Shown: one piece after another, positions 37,481 through 39,586 of the stretch
Position numbering within the stretch: the first letter of the stretch is position 1
Layout: each line of letters opens with the position of its first letter
Source: Paraglomus brasilianum
Taxonomy: Eukaryota
NCBI GenBank assembly: GCA_910592345.1
Contig: CAJVPI010000244.1
Location: 1-39,586 of the forward strand
Direction of reading: 5' to 3'
Length of the DNA: 39,586 bases
Notes under the pieces: model-generated
Databases searched by the model: none
Seen by the model: the letters and a program-made list of their open reading frames with translations, nothing else
What the model was told of the DNA's origin: nothing
Made by a program: the position numbers and the translations under genes

Positions 37481-37957
37481 CACTACCCTACAATAAATTA
37501 CCGGATTTCGTATTATTTTACTAGTAAAACATATGAAAGTTTTTTGGTTTTTTTTTTTTTTTCAAAAATCTTTCCTGCCCATGTGTACTATGTGAATAAC
37601 AATAGTTTTTACATGGTTTTGAAGCTAATTAATTGTGCTTTTCGAAAAAAGTTAACGATAAATTATATATATCATCGTTATAAAGCTATAGCTTTGTGAA
37701 GTGGCAGTCTTTAAATTATGGTATAAATATATATGGAGTACATATACTCTTTTCTACACCTTTATAACAAGAATATATATAATTTACTGTCGATTTTTTT
37801 TCAAAAAGCACAATTAATTAGCTTCAAACCATACAAAAACTATTGTCATTCACCTAGTACACATGGGCAGGAAAGATTTTTGAAAAAAAAAAAAAGACTT
37901 TTCATATGTTTTATTAGTAAAATAATACGAAATCCGGTAATTTATTGTAGGGTAGTG
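37481..37957. mobile_element. 477-bp near-palindromic foldback MITE
   Basis: TIRs cactaccctacaataaattaccggatttcgtattattttact... extend about 200 bp with few mismatches. TA at 37479-80 and 37958-59. Confidence 0.95.
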
Positions 37958-39413
37958 TAGTTATTAAGCTTAATTACGTGGGCAGTTCAATTCTCTCATG
38001 CCCTCGTTTAATAGGCCGATAACCTATCCAACGTTGTGAGATATCTTTGTTCAAAGTTCGCGTTTATCGAAACCAATGGCTCGAATTTCACGTGAACAAT
38101 ATATTAATATTCGTTGAAATGGCAAGACGCGACAGATGTTTATAAGATATAAAGCACTAGTATTCGCACAGTTTGACAGTGGGTTAAAATTTTCAATGAT
38201 AGAAGAGATGAGGAAGGCCTTTGTGAAGCACTCAATATGCTTAATAAAGACCCTCAAAAAAATAAGAGCAGGTTAAATTTATGCCAATCAAATTTACCTT
38301 CTGTTTTTCGAAGGTACAAAGAAATTAAGAAGAGTAACTTATAACCGTCGCCAATGCTGCGCCTCATCACACATTTTGTCCCGTCCTTTTTAATGTCAAG
38401 AATAACTTTAGCGTTCACCTTGTAAATGTCATTAATAAAGGAAGCAAGCCTTCTAGAATTCGTCCCATATAACTTTTTTACTAGAATTATGAAAACATTT
38501 GCAAGAAAAAAATGTATAATTGTAGGAAGAGACTATTTGAGCTTAAATAATTTTGTATTATCAGGAATACAAGATTACAACGCGGCTTACATGATTTGGT
38601 TGCAATAATTATAATTAAAACCCAACCTACGGAACTACCGAATTAAGAGGGTAGACGTATAACTCGAGAACGACATAGTAATCGAGGATTAGACCGTGAG
38701 CCTGACTTAAAGATCACTAACCGTTGAGTTGTATTTAGCTAGGTAGGAGAAGCCATAGCTCCGATCGAAATAAGCTAAATCCCAAAGTCAATAGTCATCC
38801 GCTCTCCCGCGACCATTGACTCGATACTTGACATTTGTTGCCCTGCCAATACACATCCATTATCATGTGGCATTGCTGCTCTACACCAATGCACAATGGT
38901 GTACTTTAGCAGTTAGAATTTTTGGTACAGTAATTCTTTGGTTTCATGTATATTTAATGTAATATTATTATTATATAAATGTAGCCCTATGCTAACGCGT
39001 TATACCCATACCGGATGTCTACTTTTATGGATATTAATATGGCAATGCGCCCAGTAAACGGAGGTCTTTCGCAGACGAGTGGAGGCCAGAATCGTCTTGC
39101 GCGGATGATTAAACTTGATACTAGGCCTGTGGGGGTTAGGATGGCTGTTTTATTATCGTAATAATTTTAATTACCAACCAATAATGTCATATACTACTTT
39201 ATTTAGTAATAGTAATGCTGATTTATTACTATATGCAGCTCGTGATATGTAATAAACGACGTGACGATTGGTGGCTTAAAAACAATGCAAAATGATCAAA
39301 TAGGCCCTTATTCATGTTATAATCGGCGTATCAAAAAGCATGGAATTGCCCATGAATTAACGATTTGTGACCGCGATCCATCATATAGTCTGTGTTTGCA
39401 TGCTTCACCCACC

Positions 39414-39586
39414 ATAAGCCTATTATCACTCTGGACGAAAAACGCGATCTCGCGACTTGATAAGGCAATCTCTCGGATGCGACGAAAAGTCAAACACCTG
39501 CAGAGCGAACTTCATAAAAAGAGCGTCGCATTTTTCACTCGCGAATTCGATGCCATTATCATCCCTCCTTTTGAGGTGTCGAATAT
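39414..39586 (+). mobile_element. Fanzor element copy 2, internally deleted, running off the window end
   Basis: Encodes RLDKAISRMRRKVKHLQSELHKKSVAFFTREFDAIIIPPFEVSN, nearly identical to 21536-21666. Positions 39415-39448 match 21204-21236. Confidence 0.9.

Noticed and set aside
37733..37960. 75-aa ORF, and similar ORFs at 16202-16423 and 25464-25646
   Set aside because: They lie largely or wholly within MITEs and are chance open frames.
39128..39142. ggggttagg as telomeric repeat or telomerase template
   Set aside because: A single imperfect unit, expected by chance.

Overview
AT-rich eukaryotic genomic DNA with short spliceosomal introns. It is most likely from an early-diverging fungus, probably Glomeromycota-like; this is an inference from the gene families present. 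Nine intron-containing genes can be assembled in frame by hand: an F-box/RNI-like protein, an NHP6-like HMG-box protein, PEX14, a coiled-coil+LRR protein, a UPF0132/DUF4870-like membrane protein, a CDCA7-like zf-4CXXC_R1 protein, PRPP synthetase, a CRAL-TRIO lipid-transfer protein, and an unusual RING + TRAF-type zinc finger + coiled coil + LRR protein. The intergenic DNA is full of TA-flanked Tc1/mariner/pogo MITEs (two of them nested) and transposase fossils. The main points of interest are: (1) two degenerate copies of a Fanzor/IS607-TnpB-like RNA-guided nuclease element (21.1-22.0 kb and the window end), the first with a hairpin-rich 3' tail where an omega-RNA would lie; (2) a CDCA7 homologue with a DxxC variant finger; (3) the TRAF-like E3 ligase that carries LRRs instead of a MATH domain. 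No tRNA, rRNA or CRISPR array was seen. All calls were made by eye without database searches.
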